Of a stretch of DNA of 64,000 bases, positions 1 through 10,090 are shown piece by piece. The DNA is from an uncultured Actinomycetes bacterium (GTDB taxonomy: Bacteria; Actinomycetota; UBA4738; HRBIN12): contig OY969934.1 in the NCBI GenBank assembly GCA_963704725.1, forward strand, positions 1,280,001 to 1,344,000. Reading direction: 5' to 3'. Below the pieces are notes generated by a model. It had not been told where the DNA came from, did no database searches, and saw only the letters and a list, made by a program, of their open reading frames with translations. Every line of letters begins with the position of its first letter. Positions within the stretch are counted from its first letter, which is position 1. A program made the position numbers and the translations under genes.

Positions 1-165
1 CTGGCCGGGACGCCGGAGCGGATCGTGGACCGCGCGGCGGCGTTCGCCGAGCTCGGCGTGACCGAGCTCGTGATCTCGCCGGCGCCGGTGTGGTTCGCCA
101 TGCCCGATCCCTCGATGCTCGACCTGCTCGCGGAGGCCGTCCTCCCGGGGCTGCGAGGGCTCTGA
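1..165 (+). CDS. C-terminal fragment of a probable LLM-class (luciferase-like) flavin/F420-dependent oxidoreductase, truncated by the window edge
   Basis: Frame 1 reads LAGTPERIVDRAAAFAELGVTELVISPAPVWFAMPDPSMLDLLAEAVLPGLRGL*, which matches the typical LLM C-terminus (GTPE...GV..LLAEAVLP). TGA at 163-165. Confidence 0.65.
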   Translation: MAGTPERIVDRAAAFAELGVTELVISPAPVWFAMPDPSMLDLLAEAVLPGLRGL

Positions 166-374
166 TGGAGTCGCTCGAGGCCGCGCTCGCCGTGCTGCGG
201 GAGGAGGGCGGGGCCCTGCACTGGACGAAGATCCAAGATCTCGCGCTCCGCCGGGGATACCTGGACCCGTTCGTGCAGTCCGATGTCCGGAAGGCGCTGC
301 TCGCGGCGCTCGCCGAGGGCGTCCGGTCGGGCGCGCTCGTCCGGGAGTCGACCGGCGTCTACCGGGTGCCGTGA
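165..374 (+). CDS. Small winged-helix protein (HARE-HTH-like), 69 aa
   Basis: ATG overlaps the upstream TGA (TGATG). MESLEAALAVLREEGGALHWTKIQDLALRRGYL...TGVYRVP resembles HB1/ASXL/restriction-endonuclease HTH domains. Confidence 0.6.
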   Translation: MESLEAALAVLREEGGALHWTKIQDLALRRGYLDPFVQSDVRKALLAALAEGVRSGALVRESTGVYRVP

Positions 375-394
375 GCCTGGGGGCGCCCCCGACG

Positions 395-1387
395 TCAGCG
401 CCGGTACGAAACGCCCGCGTACGCCTCGAGCTTGGCGAAGCTGTGCTCGGCCTCGACGTAGCGGACCGTGCCCGAGCGCGCCCGCATCACCATGGAGTGC
501 GTCGTGGCGCCGTCCTCGGCGTAGCGCACGCCCCGCAGCAGCGATCCGTCGGTGATCCCGGTCGCGGCGAAGAACACGTCGCTCCCGCTCACGAGGTCGT
601 CGATCGACAGGACCCGCTCGACGTCGTACCCGTCCTCGACGAGGCGAGCGCGCTCCTCGTCGGTGCGGGGGAAGAGCCGCCCCTGGATCGCCCCGCCGAG
701 GCACTTCAACGCGGCCGCGGTGATCACGCCCTCGGGCGTGCCGCCGATCCCCAGCAGGAGGTCGATCCCCGAGCGGCGCGTCGTGGCGGCGGCGATCGCA
801 CCGGCCACGTCGCCGTCGGTGATGAGGAAGACGCGCGCGCCGACCTCGCGGACGGCGGCGATCAGCTCCGTGTGGCGCTCGCGGTCGAGGATCATGACGC
901 CGATCTCCTCGGGGCGGACGCCCTTCGCCTTCGCCACCAGCCGCACGTTCTCCTCCGGCGGCGCGGTGACGTCGATCGCGTCGGCGGCCTCGGGGCCCGT
1001 CGCCACCTTCTCCATGTAGACGGCCGCGCCCGGGAAGAACATCGAGCCGCGCGCGGCGAGCGCGATGACGGCGAGGGCGTTCGGCTGCCCGAAGGCGGTC
1101 AGGCGCGTGCCGTCGATGGGGTCGACCGCGACGTCGCACGCGGAGCCCTGCCCGTTGCCGACGGACTCCCCGTTGTAGAGCATCGGCGCCTCGTCCTTCT
1201 CGCCCTCGCCGATCACGACGACGCCGTCCATCGAGACGCTGTCGATCATGAGCCGCATCGCGTCGACGGCGGCCTGGTCGGCCGAGATCTTGTCGCCGCG
1301 GCCGACCCATCGGCCGGCCGCGAGGGCGGCCGCCTCGGTGACCCGGACGAGCTCCATCGCCAGGTTGCGATCGGGGCGCTCGGTCAT
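395..1387 (-). CDS. glpX: Class II fructose-1,6-bisphosphatase
   Basis: [56 protein letters not shown] and GIGGTPEGV motifs. GGAGG SD before the ATG at 1387. Confidence 0.95.
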   Translation of the reverse strand: MTERPDRNLAMELVRVTEAAALAAGRWVGRGDKISADQAAVDAMRLMIDSVSMDGVVVIGEGEKDEAPMLYNGESVGNGQGSACDVAVDPIDGTRLTAFGQPNALAVIALAARGSMFFPGAAVYMEKVATGPEAADAIDVTAPPEENVRLVAKAKGVRPEEIGVMILDRERHTELIAAVREVGARVFLITDGDVAGAIAAATTRRSGIDLLLGIGGTPEGVITAAALKCLGGAIQGRLFPRTDEERARLVEDGYDVERVLSIDDLVSGSDVFFAATGITDGSLLRGVRYAEDGATTHSMVMRARSGTVRYVEAEHSFAKLEAYAGVSYRR

Positions 1388-1424
1388 GTCGGAACCTCCT
1401 CCGGCCGGTGCTGGCCGCGCCATC

Positions 1425-2444
1425 CTACGTTCCGCGCTCGGCCCGGCGCGCGTCGCGAGGCCGCACCAGCCCCCGCTCGGCGTACCAGCTGAGCGTGCGC
1501 TCGAGGGTCTCGGCGACCGGCGTGTAACGCAGGCCGAGCTCGCGCTCCGCCCGGGAGCCGTCGTACCGGTGGCCGTGCAGGAGCGTTCGGACGGCCTCGC
1601 GGCAGACCGGGACGTCCCGGTGGGTGAGCCGGCCGAATCCCTCGACCGCGGCCCCGCCCGCGATCGCCAGCGACGGCGGGACCCACCGGACCCGTCGGGG
1701 GCGGCCCCACAGCCGGCGCAGGAGCGTCACCGCCTCCGCCGTCGAGAGCGTGGCGCCGTTCAACAGGTATCGCTGCCCGGCCTCGCCGCGGGTCTCGGCC
1801 AGCGCGTGCCCGGCCGCGCAGTCGGCGATGTCGACGAGCGAGATGGTGGTGGCGATCAGCACCGGCAGGCGCCCGTTCACGAGGTCGAGCAGGAGCCGCG
1901 CCGATCCCGTGGTCCGGCCGGGCCCCTGGACCGAGGACGGGTTCACGCAGACGACGTCGATGCCGAGCTCGGCCCCGAGCTCCAGAACGGTCCGTTCCGC
2001 GAGGTGCTTCGAGCGCTCGTACGCCGAGAGGTACGACCCGCGATGCGCGGAGTCCTCGCGCCCGGTCGTGCCGGCGGCCTCGCCGATCGCGGCGGCGGAG
2101 GACGTGTGAACGACGCGCGCCACGCCCGCGGCGGCCGCGGCGCGCACGACGTTGGCCGAGCCCTCGACGTTGGCGCGGATCATGGGCCGAGGATCGCGGC
2201 GGCACATCGCGTTCACCCCCGCGACGTGGAACACGGTGGTGCACCCGCGCGCCGCAGCGTCGAGGGAGGCGCGGTCGAGGACGTCGCCTCGAACCGGCTG
2301 CGCCCCCGCGGCGCGGACCGACTCCGCCCCCGCGTCGCTGCGCGCGAGGGCCCGCACCGCGCGGCCCTCGGCCACCAGGCGCTCCAGGACCGCCCGCCCG
2401 ACGAGCCCGGTTCCACCGGTGAGCAGGACGGGATCGGCGGGCAC
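1425..2444 (-). CDS. NAD-dependent epimerase/dehydratase (extended SDR, dihydroflavonol-reductase/HpnA-like)
   Basis: TGGTGLVG Rossmann motif, HTSS, YERSK catalytic motif, [10 protein letters not shown]. Confidence 0.85.
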   Translation of the reverse strand: MPADPVLLTGGTGLVGRAVLERLVAEGRAVRALARSDAGAESVRAAGAQPVRGDVLDRASLDAAARGCTTVFHVAGVNAMCRRDPRPMIRANVEGSANVVRAAAAAGVARVVHTSSAAAIGEAAGTTGREDSAHRGSYLSAYERSKHLAERTVLELGAELGIDVVCVNPSSVQGPGRTTGSARLLLDLVNGRLPVLIATTISLVDIADCAAGHALAETRGEAGQRYLLNGATLSTAEAVTLLRRLWGRPRRVRWVPPSLAIAGGAAVEGFGRLTHRDVPVCREAVRTLLHGHRYDGSRAERELGLRYTPVAETLERTLSWYAERGLVRPRDARRAERGT

Positions 2445-2448
2445 GGCC

Positions 2449-3021
2449 CTACCGCTCGACGGTGATGGCGCTCCGCAGGCGCACGAGGTACTCGACCGCC
2501 GAGAGCACCGTGATCGCCGCCGCCAGGATCATGACCCACTCGTCCAGGAACATCGGTCCGAGCTCGTCGCCGGGGCGCAGGATGGCCAGGAAGATCGCGA
2601 CGAACTGCACGTTCGCCTTGGCCTTGCCCAGCACCGACGGCTTCACGAGGTCGCCGCCTGCGGCCGCCGCCCCCTTGAGACCCATGATCAGCAGCTCCCG
2701 CCCCACGATGATCACCGCCACCCAGGGCGAGGCCCGGTCGACGGCGACGAGGGCGATCAGCGCACCGGAGACGAGCAGCTTGTCGGCCGTCGTGTCCAGG
2801 AAGTTGCCGAACGCCGAGGCCTGCGCCCACCGCCGGGCCAGGAAGCCGTCGAAGAAATCGGTGACGGCGGCGAGCGCGAACAGGGCGCTGGCCACGCCGA
2901 ACGCGGAGCGGTGCTCCGGTCCCGCCAGGACCAGAGCCATGATCACCGGCAGCAGGACGACGCGCAGCCACGTCACGAACTTCAGGAACACAGCGGCGCG
3001 AAGGTCGGCGGAGGTCGTCAC
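2449..3021 (-). CDS. pgsA: CDP-alcohol phosphatidyltransferase (PgsA-like)
   Basis: TDFFDGFLARRW...FGNFLDTTADK signature (DxxDGxxAR...GxxLDxxxD); hydrophobic. Confidence 0.85.
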   Translation of the reverse strand: MTTSADLRAAVFLKFVTWLRVVLLPVIMALVLAGPEHRSAFGVASALFALAAVTDFFDGFLARRWAQASAFGNFLDTTADKLLVSGALIALVAVDRASPWVAVIIVGRELLIMGLKGAAAAGGDLVKPSVLGKAKANVQFVAIFLAILRPGDELGPMFLDEWVMILAAAITVLSAVEYLVRLRSAITVER

Positions 3022-3067
3022 GAGGGCCCGGGCCGCATCGTACCGGTTCGCCTTGGCGATGTGAGCC

Positions 3068-5548
3068 TCAATCGGGCACGGTCCGGTTCACGAGCTCCCG
3101 GACCTCGGCCCCTGAGGCGAGGGACAGGGCTTCGCGGGCCAGGTCCCGGGCGGCGGCCAGGTCGGTGCCGCGCACCGCGCGCTTGACGTGCGGGATGGCG
3201 GGCGCGCTCATCGAGAGCTCGCGCACGCCGAGTCCCAGCAGCAGCGCCGTGGCGTACGGGTCGCCGGCGAGCTCGCCGCACACGCCGGTCCATCGTCCGT
3301 GTGCGGCCCCCGCGTCCGCCGTCCGTGCGATCAGCGCGAGGACGGCCGGGTGCAGCGGGTCGGCCAGCGCCGCGACCCGGTCGTTGCCGCGCTCGGCGGC
3401 GAGCGTGTACTGCGTGAGGTCGTTCGTCCCGATCGAGAAGAAGTCCGCCTCCACCGCCAGGCGATCGGCGATCAGGGCCGCCGAGGGCACCTCGATCATC
3501 ACGCCGATCTGGACGCGCTCCGGGACCCCGCCGATCGCCGCCCCAGCCCGCTCGACCGCGTCCCGGCCCCGGCGGAGCTCGTCGAGCGTGGCGACCATGG
3601 GGAACATCACCCGGATCGGGTGGTCGGCCGCGACGCGGAGCAGGGCGCGCAGCTGCGCTTCGAGGAGCTCGGGCCGCTCGAGCCCGAGCCGGAGACCTCG
3701 CACGCCGAGGTAGGGGTTGGCCTCCTCGGCCTGCGCGAGGTAGGGAAGGGGCTTGTCCGCCCCGGCGTCGAGCGTCCGCACGACCATGGGGCGGCCCTGG
3801 AGCGCCTCGGCGGCGGCGCGGTACGCGGCCTCCTGCTCGTCCTCGCCCGGCATCGCCTCGCGCGACATGAACAGGAACTCCGTCCGGAACAGCCCGACCC
3901 CGTCGCAGCCGGCCGCCACGGCCGCGGCCACGTCCCCCGGCGTTCCGACGTTCGCGGCGACCTCGACCGTGGCCCCGTCGCGCGTCGTGGCCGGCGCGTG
4001 CGACTCGGCCCGGGCCGACCGATCGGCCTCCGCCGCCGCGAGCCGCCGCGCCCGGTATCGCGCCCGGACGTCCTCGGTCGGGTCGATCGCGAGCAGGCCC
4101 CGGTCGCCGTCGAGCGCGAGCGGGGTGCCCTCCGCCACGTCCAGGACCTCGGTTCCCAGCCCGACGACCGCAGGGATCCCCAGGGACCGGGCGAGCACCG
4201 CCGCGTGGGACGTGGGCCCGCCGAACGCGGTCGCCACCCCCAACGCGGTCTCCGGGTCGAGGGCCGCCGCTTCGGCCGGGACGAGGTCGGCGGCCACCAG
4301 GATGCCGGGCTCGGCGAGCGCCGGTCGGGGCACCTCCAGGCCGAGGATCCTCGCGAGCACCTGCGTCCCGACGCTCCGCAGGTCGGCCGCCCTCGCCCGC
4401 TGGTACTCGTCGTCGATCGCCTCCCACTCCCGGACCTCCCCGTCGATCGCGTCGCGCCAGGCCTTGGCGGCCGGCTCCCCGGCGTCGATCGCGGCGATCG
4501 CCGGCCCCACGAGCGCCTCGTCGTCGAGGAACAGCAGGTGCGCGTCGAAGATCGCGGCCCGGTAGGCGCCCGCCCGCCCCGCCACCGACCGCCGCTGCGC
4601 CTCGACGTCCCGCCGCGTCGCCTCGATGGCCGCCTCGAACGCGCCCCGCTCGAGCTCGGGACCCCGCCCCGGATCGTCCGGGACCTCGAGCTCCGGCGTC
4701 CGGAACCGCCGGGCCGGCCCGACGGCGACGCCTGGGGAGGCGGGGAGGCCGGTCATGGCGCCGTCGGCGGCGGGTGCGACCGTGGCCGCTGAGGGCGCCG
4801 GCTCCTCGTCCGTCTCCTCGTCGAAGTCGCGCTCGGCCAGGGCGCGCAGGGCCTCGATCGCGTCGCGGGCCCGGACTCCCGTCGCCGAGACCACGATGCG
4901 GTCCCCGCGTCCGACGCCGAGCGTCGCCACCGCGTTCAGGCTCCGGGCCGAGACCGGTCCGCGGCCGGACGAGGCGTTGGAGACCCGGACGTCGGCGTCG
5001 AAAGCCGCGGCGGTCCGCACGAGCTGGGCGGCCGGCCTCGCGTGCAGCCCGTGGGCCGTCCGGACGAGGAGCTCGGCGGTGGCGCTCCCCCCCGCGTCGT
5101 CACCCGCCGGCGCGGCGGGTGACGGCGGCTCGGGTTCGGGGCTTCCCAGGTGCGCGGCCTTGGCCGCCAGGGCGCCGCGGGCCTCCGTGGCGACGTCGTC
5201 GATCGACGCTCCGATCCGGGCCGTCACGGCCGCCGCGACCGCGCCCTCCACGAAGGGCGCCGCGATCAGCATGACGCGATCGCGGCGCTCCGGCGGAAGG
5301 AAGTCGAGCGCCATCTCCGTCGACAGGACGGCGCTGCCGAGATCCATCAGCACCAGGACCCCGTCCTCGGACCAGGCGCGCTCGATGGCCTGCTGGACGA
5401 GCATCGCGTCGGTGCCGATCGCGTGGTCGGGCCCGTCGAGACCGCCGGCGGTCTCGATCCGAAGGTCCTCGCCACCCATCTGGCGAGCCAGCTCGGCGGT
5501 GCCCTCGGCGATCCGGTGGCTGTGCGAGACGAGGACGATGCCGATCAT
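3068..5548 (-). CDS. dhaM: Fused DhaM (EIIA-Man-like) - HPr - complete enzyme I; PEP:DHA-kinase phosphotransferase
   Basis: N-terminal MIGIVLVSHS...DLGSAVLS (DhaM), HGLHARPA (HPr), TSHAAVLAR (EI His), GVGLFRTEFLF, FFSIGTNDLTQY and GVCGELAGDP (EI PEP-binding domain). Confidence 0.93.
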   Translation of the reverse strand: MIGIVLVSHSHRIAEGTAELARQMGGEDLRIETAGGLDGPDHAIGTDAMLVQQAIERAWSEDGVLVLMDLGSAVLSTEMALDFLPPERRDRVMLIAAPFVEGAVAAAVTARIGASIDDVATEARGALAAKAAHLGSPEPEPPSPAAPAGDDAGGSATAELLVRTAHGLHARPAAQLVRTAAAFDADVRVSNASSGRGPVSARSLNAVATLGVGRGDRIVVSATGVRARDAIEALRALAERDFDEETDEEPAPSAATVAPAADGAMTGLPASPGVAVGPARRFRTPELEVPDDPGRGPELERGAFEAAIEATRRDVEAQRRSVAGRAGAYRAAIFDAHLLFLDDEALVGPAIAAIDAGEPAAKAWRDAIDGEVREWEAIDDEYQRARAADLRSVGTQVLARILGLEVPRPALAEPGILVAADLVPAEAAALDPETALGVATAFGGPTSHAAVLARSLGIPAVVGLGTEVLDVAEGTPLALDGDRGLLAIDPTEDVRARYRARRLAAAEADRSARAESHAPATTRDGATVEVAANVGTPGDVAAAVAAGCDGVGLFRTEFLFMSREAMPGEDEQEAAYRAAAEALQGRPMVVRTLDAGADKPLPYLAQAEEANPYLGVRGLRLGLERPELLEAQLRALLRVAADHPIRVMFPMVATLDELRRGRDAVERAGAAIGGVPERVQIGVMIEVPSAALIADRLAVEADFFSIGTNDLTQYTLAAERGNDRVAALADPLHPAVLALIARTADAGAAHGRWTGVCGELAGDPYATALLLGLGVRELSMSAPAIPHVKRAVRGTDLAAARDLAREALSLASGAEVRELVNRTVPD

Positions 5549-5593
5549 CGGCGGGTCATCGCCCTTCTGGCACGGGCTCGGGGCGGCGGCCGC

Positions 5594-6832
5594 TCACCCG
5601 TCCAGGCCGTACGCCCGGTACAGGACCTCGATCGGATGGACCGATGGCACGCCGGTCGCCTTGGCGATCTGCCAGCGACACGTCTCGCTGTCGCAGGCCG
5701 CGAGGTCCGGGCCGGCGTCCCGGACGTGCCGGAACAGCGGTTCGCCGACGGCCATCGCGATGTCGTACTTCTCCGCCTTCAGCCCGTAGGTCCCGGCGAT
5801 CCCGCAGCAGGCCACGTCGCTTTCGTCCACCTTCAGCTCGGGGATGAGGGCGAACAGCTCGAGCGCCGGCTTGCCCATCCAGTGCCCGGCCTGCTGGCAC
5901 GGCGCGTGGTAGGGGACGGTGATCGGCAGCGGCCGGAAGTCGGTCCGCAGCGCGCCCCGTTCGTGGAGGTTCACCAGGAACTCGCAGATGTCGTAGGTGT
6001 GCGACGACACGATCTGCAGGTCCTCGTCGCCCTCGAGGTCCAGCATCTCCATGGCCTCGCGCTTCAGCATGAGGCCGCAGCTGGTCGACGTGGCAACGAT
6101 GTCGTAGCCCCGACGGGCGTAGGGGACGAGGGCCCCCGCCAGCCGCTTCACGTACCGGCGGGCGTCGTCCAGCAGGCCGTTGGACTGCAACGGCAGCCCG
6201 CAGCAGTCCTGCTTCGGCACGAGCACCCGGATCCCGTTGTGCTCGAGGACGGCGACCGTCATCTCGCCCAGCCGGGGCTCGTAGTAGTTGGTGCTGCAGC
6301 CGTGGAAGTACACGACCGCGCCGGTCGCGGCGGCCGGCGGCTGGTGCCGGCGCGCCCAGGCCCGGAACGTCCGCCCGGCGAACCTGGGCATCGGCGCGGC
6401 GCGGTGGATCCGCATGGTGCGTTCGAGGAGCCGCCGGAACGTTCGGTTGGCGAGGAACCAATTGGCGATCGGCGCGACCGGGGTGCCGAGCTTCCCGGTC
6501 AGGCCCGAGCGGGCGATGACCTTGTCCCGCATGGGAACGCCCCGCTCGATCTTCATGGCGGCGCGGGCGTGCGCGTTGATCTCGGCGATCTTCACGCCCT
6601 GGGGGCAGACGGTCGTGCAGATGCCGCAGCCCGAGCAGTAGTCGAGCGAGCTGTCGGGCGTCCCCTCGTGCGTCCGGAAGCGCTCGGCCTGGGGGCCGAC
6701 GTACTTCGGCCCGGGGAACAGCGGAGTGACGTTCGACACAGGACAGAACGTCTCGCAGATCGTGCACTTCACGCAGTGGTCGAGGGAGCCCCGGACCCAC
6801 TCCATCTTGTCCCCGCCCACCCGGGTCTCCAT
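5594..6832 (-). CDS. glpC: Anaerobic glycerol-3-phosphate dehydrogenase subunit C
   Basis: Two ferredoxin motifs (CVKCTICETFCP, CSGCGICTTVCP) and two CCG domains; FPGPKYVGP; start overlaps the glpB stop. Confidence 0.92.
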   Translation of the reverse strand: METRVGGDKMEWVRGSLDHCVKCTICETFCPVSNVTPLFPGPKYVGPQAERFRTHEGTPDSSLDYCSGCGICTTVCPQGVKIAEINAHARAAMKIERGVPMRDKVIARSGLTGKLGTPVAPIANWFLANRTFRRLLERTMRIHRAAPMPRFAGRTFRAWARRHQPPAAATGAVVYFHGCSTNYYEPRLGEMTVAVLEHNGIRVLVPKQDCCGLPLQSNGLLDDARRYVKRLAGALVPYARRGYDIVATSTSCGLMLKREAMEMLDLEGDEDLQIVSSHTYDICEFLVNLHERGALRTDFRPLPITVPYHAPCQQAGHWMGKPALELFALIPELKVDESDVACCGIAGTYGLKAEKYDIAMAVGEPLFRHVRDAGPDLAACDSETCRWQIAKATGVPSVHPIEVLYRAYGLDG

Positions 6833-8097
6833 CACGACGCTCCCTCCAGGATCTCCGATGCCGCCGCGTAGCCGGTGGCCAGGGCGAGGCCGTTGCCCGA
6901 CTGCTCCCGCCACGGCTCCGCCCCGCCGATCACGGCGCCGGCAGCGAAGAGGTTGGCGAAGGCGGGTCGGCCCTCTGCGCCGATCGGCCGGAGGTGCTCG
7001 TCCACCGCGACGCCGGCCCTCGCCATGGGGTGATCGTCGAAGTACCCGGGCAGGAACCTCGGCGCGTCGACCGCAGGGACGCCGGCCACGGGGAGCCCGA
7101 GCACCGTCTCGTGGACCTCGCCGTAGGAGTCGAGGAGGATCGCGCCCGAGGCGAATCCGCCCGAGGCCAGGACGAAGGAGCGAGCCTCGTACCGCTCGGT
7201 CCGGTTGGCGGCGGCCCGGACCTGAACCGCGCTCATGGCGCCGTCGACCCCGGGCTCGGCGCCGATCGCCGCCGGGCCGATCAATAGACGGCCGCCGGCC
7301 CGGCGAAACGCCGCCCGGAGCGCCCGGAACAGCCGGATGCCCGACACCGACGGCGGCAGCGCCGGGACCTCGAACACGGGCCGCTCGAGCTGGTCCTCGA
7401 GCTCCCGCCGAACCTCCTCATGGCGATCGAGCCCGAGCACGGAGGGGAACCCCACCGACTCGCCCACCTCGAGAAGGGGCAGGAGCTCGCGCGCCACGGC
7501 CCGGCGGAACTCCGGCTCCTCGAACAGCCTCGCGTAGCCCAGGGGGTTCACGTCCGGTTCGGACCCGGGATCGGAGAGCGCGACGCCGCGGGCCTGTACC
7601 GTCGCGCCCGAGGGGAGCTTGGCCTGGTGGAGGTTCTCCGCCAGGTAGGCCGGATAGAAGTCCTTGAGGGCTCGGAGGCCGACGAAGACGAACCGCCCGC
7701 CGGCGCGCAGGTCGCCGGCGGCCATCGCGGCCGGCACGAGCGCGGTCGGCTTGGCCACGCCCACCGCCGTCGGCACGAGCAGGTTCTCGTCGAGGGACCC
7801 GGTGTACCCGAGATCCGGCACGTGCTCGCGGAGCCACGACAGGCTCGCGGCGACGGTCTCCACCGGCACGCGGGCATAGGGGTGCCCGGGATGCTCCGCT
7901 GCGAATGCGGGCAGCTCGCGGGCCGGGCTCTCGACGGGATCGGGGGCGTAGCCGAGGACGTCGATCGTGGCGGGCGCGAGGTGCGTGGCTCCCACGCCCT
8001 GCGCGACGATCGTCGTGCGGAGGCCGCCCTCGGCCAGGCGGGTCCCCGCCACGAGCCCGGACAGCCCGGCTCCGATGACCACAGCGTCGGGGCTCAC
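6832..8097 (-). CDS. glpB: Anaerobic glycerol-3-phosphate dehydrogenase subunit B
   Basis: DAVVIGAGLSG FAD motif, EVPALPPSVSGIRL, VLASGGF, SGNGLALATG; GTG start overlaps the glpA stop. Confidence 0.92.
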   Translation of the reverse strand: MSPDAVVIGAGLSGLVAGTRLAEGGLRTTIVAQGVGATHLAPATIDVLGYAPDPVESPARELPAFAAEHPGHPYARVPVETVAASLSWLREHVPDLGYTGSLDENLLVPTAVGVAKPTALVPAAMAAGDLRAGGRFVFVGLRALKDFYPAYLAENLHQAKLPSGATVQARGVALSDPGSEPDVNPLGYARLFEEPEFRRAVARELLPLLEVGESVGFPSVLGLDRHEEVRRELEDQLERPVFEVPALPPSVSGIRLFRALRAAFRRAGGRLLIGPAAIGAEPGVDGAMSAVQVRAAANRTERYEARSFVLASGGFASGAILLDSYGEVHETVLGLPVAGVPAVDAPRFLPGYFDDHPMARAGVAVDEHLRPIGAEGRPAFANLFAAGAVIGGAEPWREQSGNGLALATGYAAASEILEGAS

Positions 8098-9683
8098 GTC
8101 GCCACCTCCGCGGGCTCGGCGCTCCGCGCCTCGTCGCCGGGCAGGTGCCCCACGTCGAGGAGTCCCTGGAAGATCCATTCGTCGAATCGTGCCTGCCGGA
8201 GCTGGTCCCCGTACAGGATGGGCTGTCCGCCCTTCCACCGTTCCTGGACGAAGTCGAGCAGCGAGCGGTTTGCGACGAGCGAGGGAACCTTCTCCAGCTG
8301 ATGGAGGATGCCGGTGGCTCGGAAGATGCAGAACCCACCCTGGCACGGACCCATCCCAAGGCGGATCGTGCGGCGGATGTCGTCCAGGCTCGTCGTGTCG
8401 CGCCGCTCCATGACGGTCTCGAGGTCGCGGCGGGGAACGAACTCGCACTCGCAGATGAGCTGGTCGTCGTGCAGGGTCTCCTCGCGCTGGGCCACGCGCG
8501 CCCCGAGCCAGTAGTAGCGGCGGTCCTCGGAGTCGGGCAGCGGCTCGTCGGCGGTGCGGCACGACCGCTCGGTGCCGAGCTCCGCGCAAACGGCGTCCAC
8601 CGTCTCCTCGGCCATGAGCCGGAACGTGCAGAACTTGCCGCCGGTGATCGTGACGAAGCGCTCGACGCCGTCGCGGACGCGGTGGTTGAGCAGCGCGTGC
8701 GCCCGCGTGACGTCGCGCGTGTCGGCGCCGGCGCTCTTCTCCTGGTAGAGCGGGCGGACCCCGCCCCACACCCGGAGGGCTCTCGCCTGGCGGAACCCCG
8801 GCACGAGGTTCTCACCAGCGTCGAGCATCTTCTGCACCTCCTCGCGGGTGATCTCCCACACGTCGGGGTCGGGCACCTTGACGTCGGTGGTGCCGATCAC
8901 GGAGACGGTCCTCGCCGGCACGATGATGTCGCCGTCGGAGGGCATCGAGCACCGGTTCACCACCGTGCTGACGAGCAGGTGGTTCATCGCCACCATGATC
9001 CCCTTGCCCGGGAACACCGTGACCTCGCACCCGGCCATCCCGGCGATGCGTCCCGCCCACGCCCCGGAGGCGTTGACCACGAAGTCCGCGCCGATCTCCA
9101 CCTCTTCGCCGGAGTGGTTGTCGCGAAGGACGGCGCCCTTCACCGTGCCGTCCTCGACGATCAGCCGAAGCACCTCGTGGTACGTGAGGATCTTCGCCCC
9201 GCTCGCCTCGGCGGAGCGGGCCACCGCCCAGACCATCTTCCACGAGTCGACGGAGCCGTCGGGCACCGTGAACGCCCGGGAGATCCGAGGGTTCAGCCGG
9301 GGCTCGCGGCGCAGGGTCTCGGCGACCGGGATCTCCTCGACGTCGATGTGGACGCCCCGGCAGGCCTCCGCGAACCGGTCGGCGTACGCCGGGTCGTCGA
9401 TGGGGGTGGTGACGAACAGGCCGCCCGTATCCTCGATGCAGTCGGCCGCGATCTTGCGCAGGATGCGGTTCTCGTGGATGCACTCCTCGGCGGCCTTGGG
9501 GTCCTTCACCACGTAGCGGCCCCCCGAGTGCAGGAGGCCGTGGAACCGTCCCGTGGTCCCGGTGGCGAGGTCCCCCCGGTCGACGAGGGTCGTGGCGAAC
9601 CCGCGCATCGCGGCGTCGCGAACCACGCCGAGGCCGGTGGATCCGCCGCCGATCACGAGCACTTCAGTCTGGAGCTTGGTCAT
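8094..9683 (-). CDS. glpA: Anaerobic glycerol-3-phosphate dehydrogenase subunit A
   Basis: VLVIGGGSTG, GTTGRFHGLLHSGGRY, ITGGK; C-terminal BFD-like ICECE...GMGPCQGGFC. Confidence 0.95.
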   Translation of the reverse strand: MTKLQTEVLVIGGGSTGLGVVRDAAMRGFATTLVDRGDLATGTTGRFHGLLHSGGRYVVKDPKAAEECIHENRILRKIAADCIEDTGGLFVTTPIDDPAYADRFAEACRGVHIDVEEIPVAETLRREPRLNPRISRAFTVPDGSVDSWKMVWAVARSAEASGAKILTYHEVLRLIVEDGTVKGAVLRDNHSGEEVEIGADFVVNASGAWAGRIAGMAGCEVTVFPGKGIMVAMNHLLVSTVVNRCSMPSDGDIIVPARTVSVIGTTDVKVPDPDVWEITREEVQKMLDAGENLVPGFRQARALRVWGGVRPLYQEKSAGADTRDVTRAHALLNHRVRDGVERFVTITGGKFCTFRLMAEETVDAVCAELGTERSCRTADEPLPDSEDRRYYWLGARVAQREETLHDDQLICECEFVPRRDLETVMERRDTTSLDDIRRTIRLGMGPCQGGFCIFRATGILHQLEKVPSLVANRSLLDFVQERWKGGQPILYGDQLRQARFDEWIFQGLLDVGHLPGDEARSAEPAEVAT

Positions 9684-9754
9684 GGCGCCCTTCCCGGACT
9701 CGCGATCTGGCGGATCCGGGCCGGACGGCCGGCGGTCAGGACGCCGAGCCGCGA

Positions 9755-9804
9755 GATCCGCGGCGCGTGGGCGTTCGCGAGCGACGTCCCATGCGCCGCG
9801 GATC
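9755..9804 (-). terminator. GC-rich hairpin downstream of the repeat-peptide gene (terminator or RNA stabiliser)
   Basis: gatccgcggcgcgtggg (9755-9771) and cccatgcgccgcggatc (9788-9804) form a 17-bp inverted repeat with one imperfect pair; no U-tract. Confidence 0.55.
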
Positions 9805-9815
9805 CCGAGGGTGCT

Positions 9816-10034
9816 TCAGCTCTCGGATCCGGATTGGCCCTCGGCGAACGTTCCCTCTTCGTGCTCGTGGTCCTCCGAGGTCTCCTGTCCCTCGGCGAAG
9901 TCGCCGTGCTTGCCCTCCTCGGGGTGAGGATGGTCCTCGGACTGCCCCTCGGCGAAGGAGCCCGAGTGGTGCTCGTGCTCCTCGTCCTCCTCCTGTCCCT
10001 CGGCGAAGTCGCCGTGCTTGTGCTCCTTCTCCAT
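9816..10034 (-). CDS. 72-aa acidic His/Glu-rich protein with four G[DST]FAEGQ repeats; function unknown
   Basis: AAGGGAGG SD 4 nt before ATG; G/C-ending codons; the repeats are conserved at the protein level. Confidence 0.85.
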   Translation of the reverse strand: MEKEHKHGDFAEGQEEDEEHEHHSGSFAEGQSEDHPHPEEGKHGDFAEGQETSEDHEHEEGTFAEGQSGSES

Positions 10035-10090
10035 GGCGCCTCCCTTCGACGTCGTCCCCCCTCCGTACCCGGGCGGGCCCGTTTCGTTTC

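Noticed and set aside
6832-8769. Apparent long N-terminal extensions or fusions (glpB 645 aa, glpK 721 aa, tldD/E 824 aa, argJ 964 aa, argH 866 aa, larC 663 aa, permeases)
   Set aside because: The extensions are off-frame read-through of the upstream gene. Real starts sit at GTGA/TGATG overlaps or after SD/-10 elements and give normal lengths.
9816-10034. Repeat peptide as a RiPP precursor (EGKHG resembles EGKCG-type repeats) processed by TldDE
   Set aside because: No Cys, no leader or signal peptide and no adjacent modifying enzyme; tldDE is 10 kb away. Kept only as a minor alternative.
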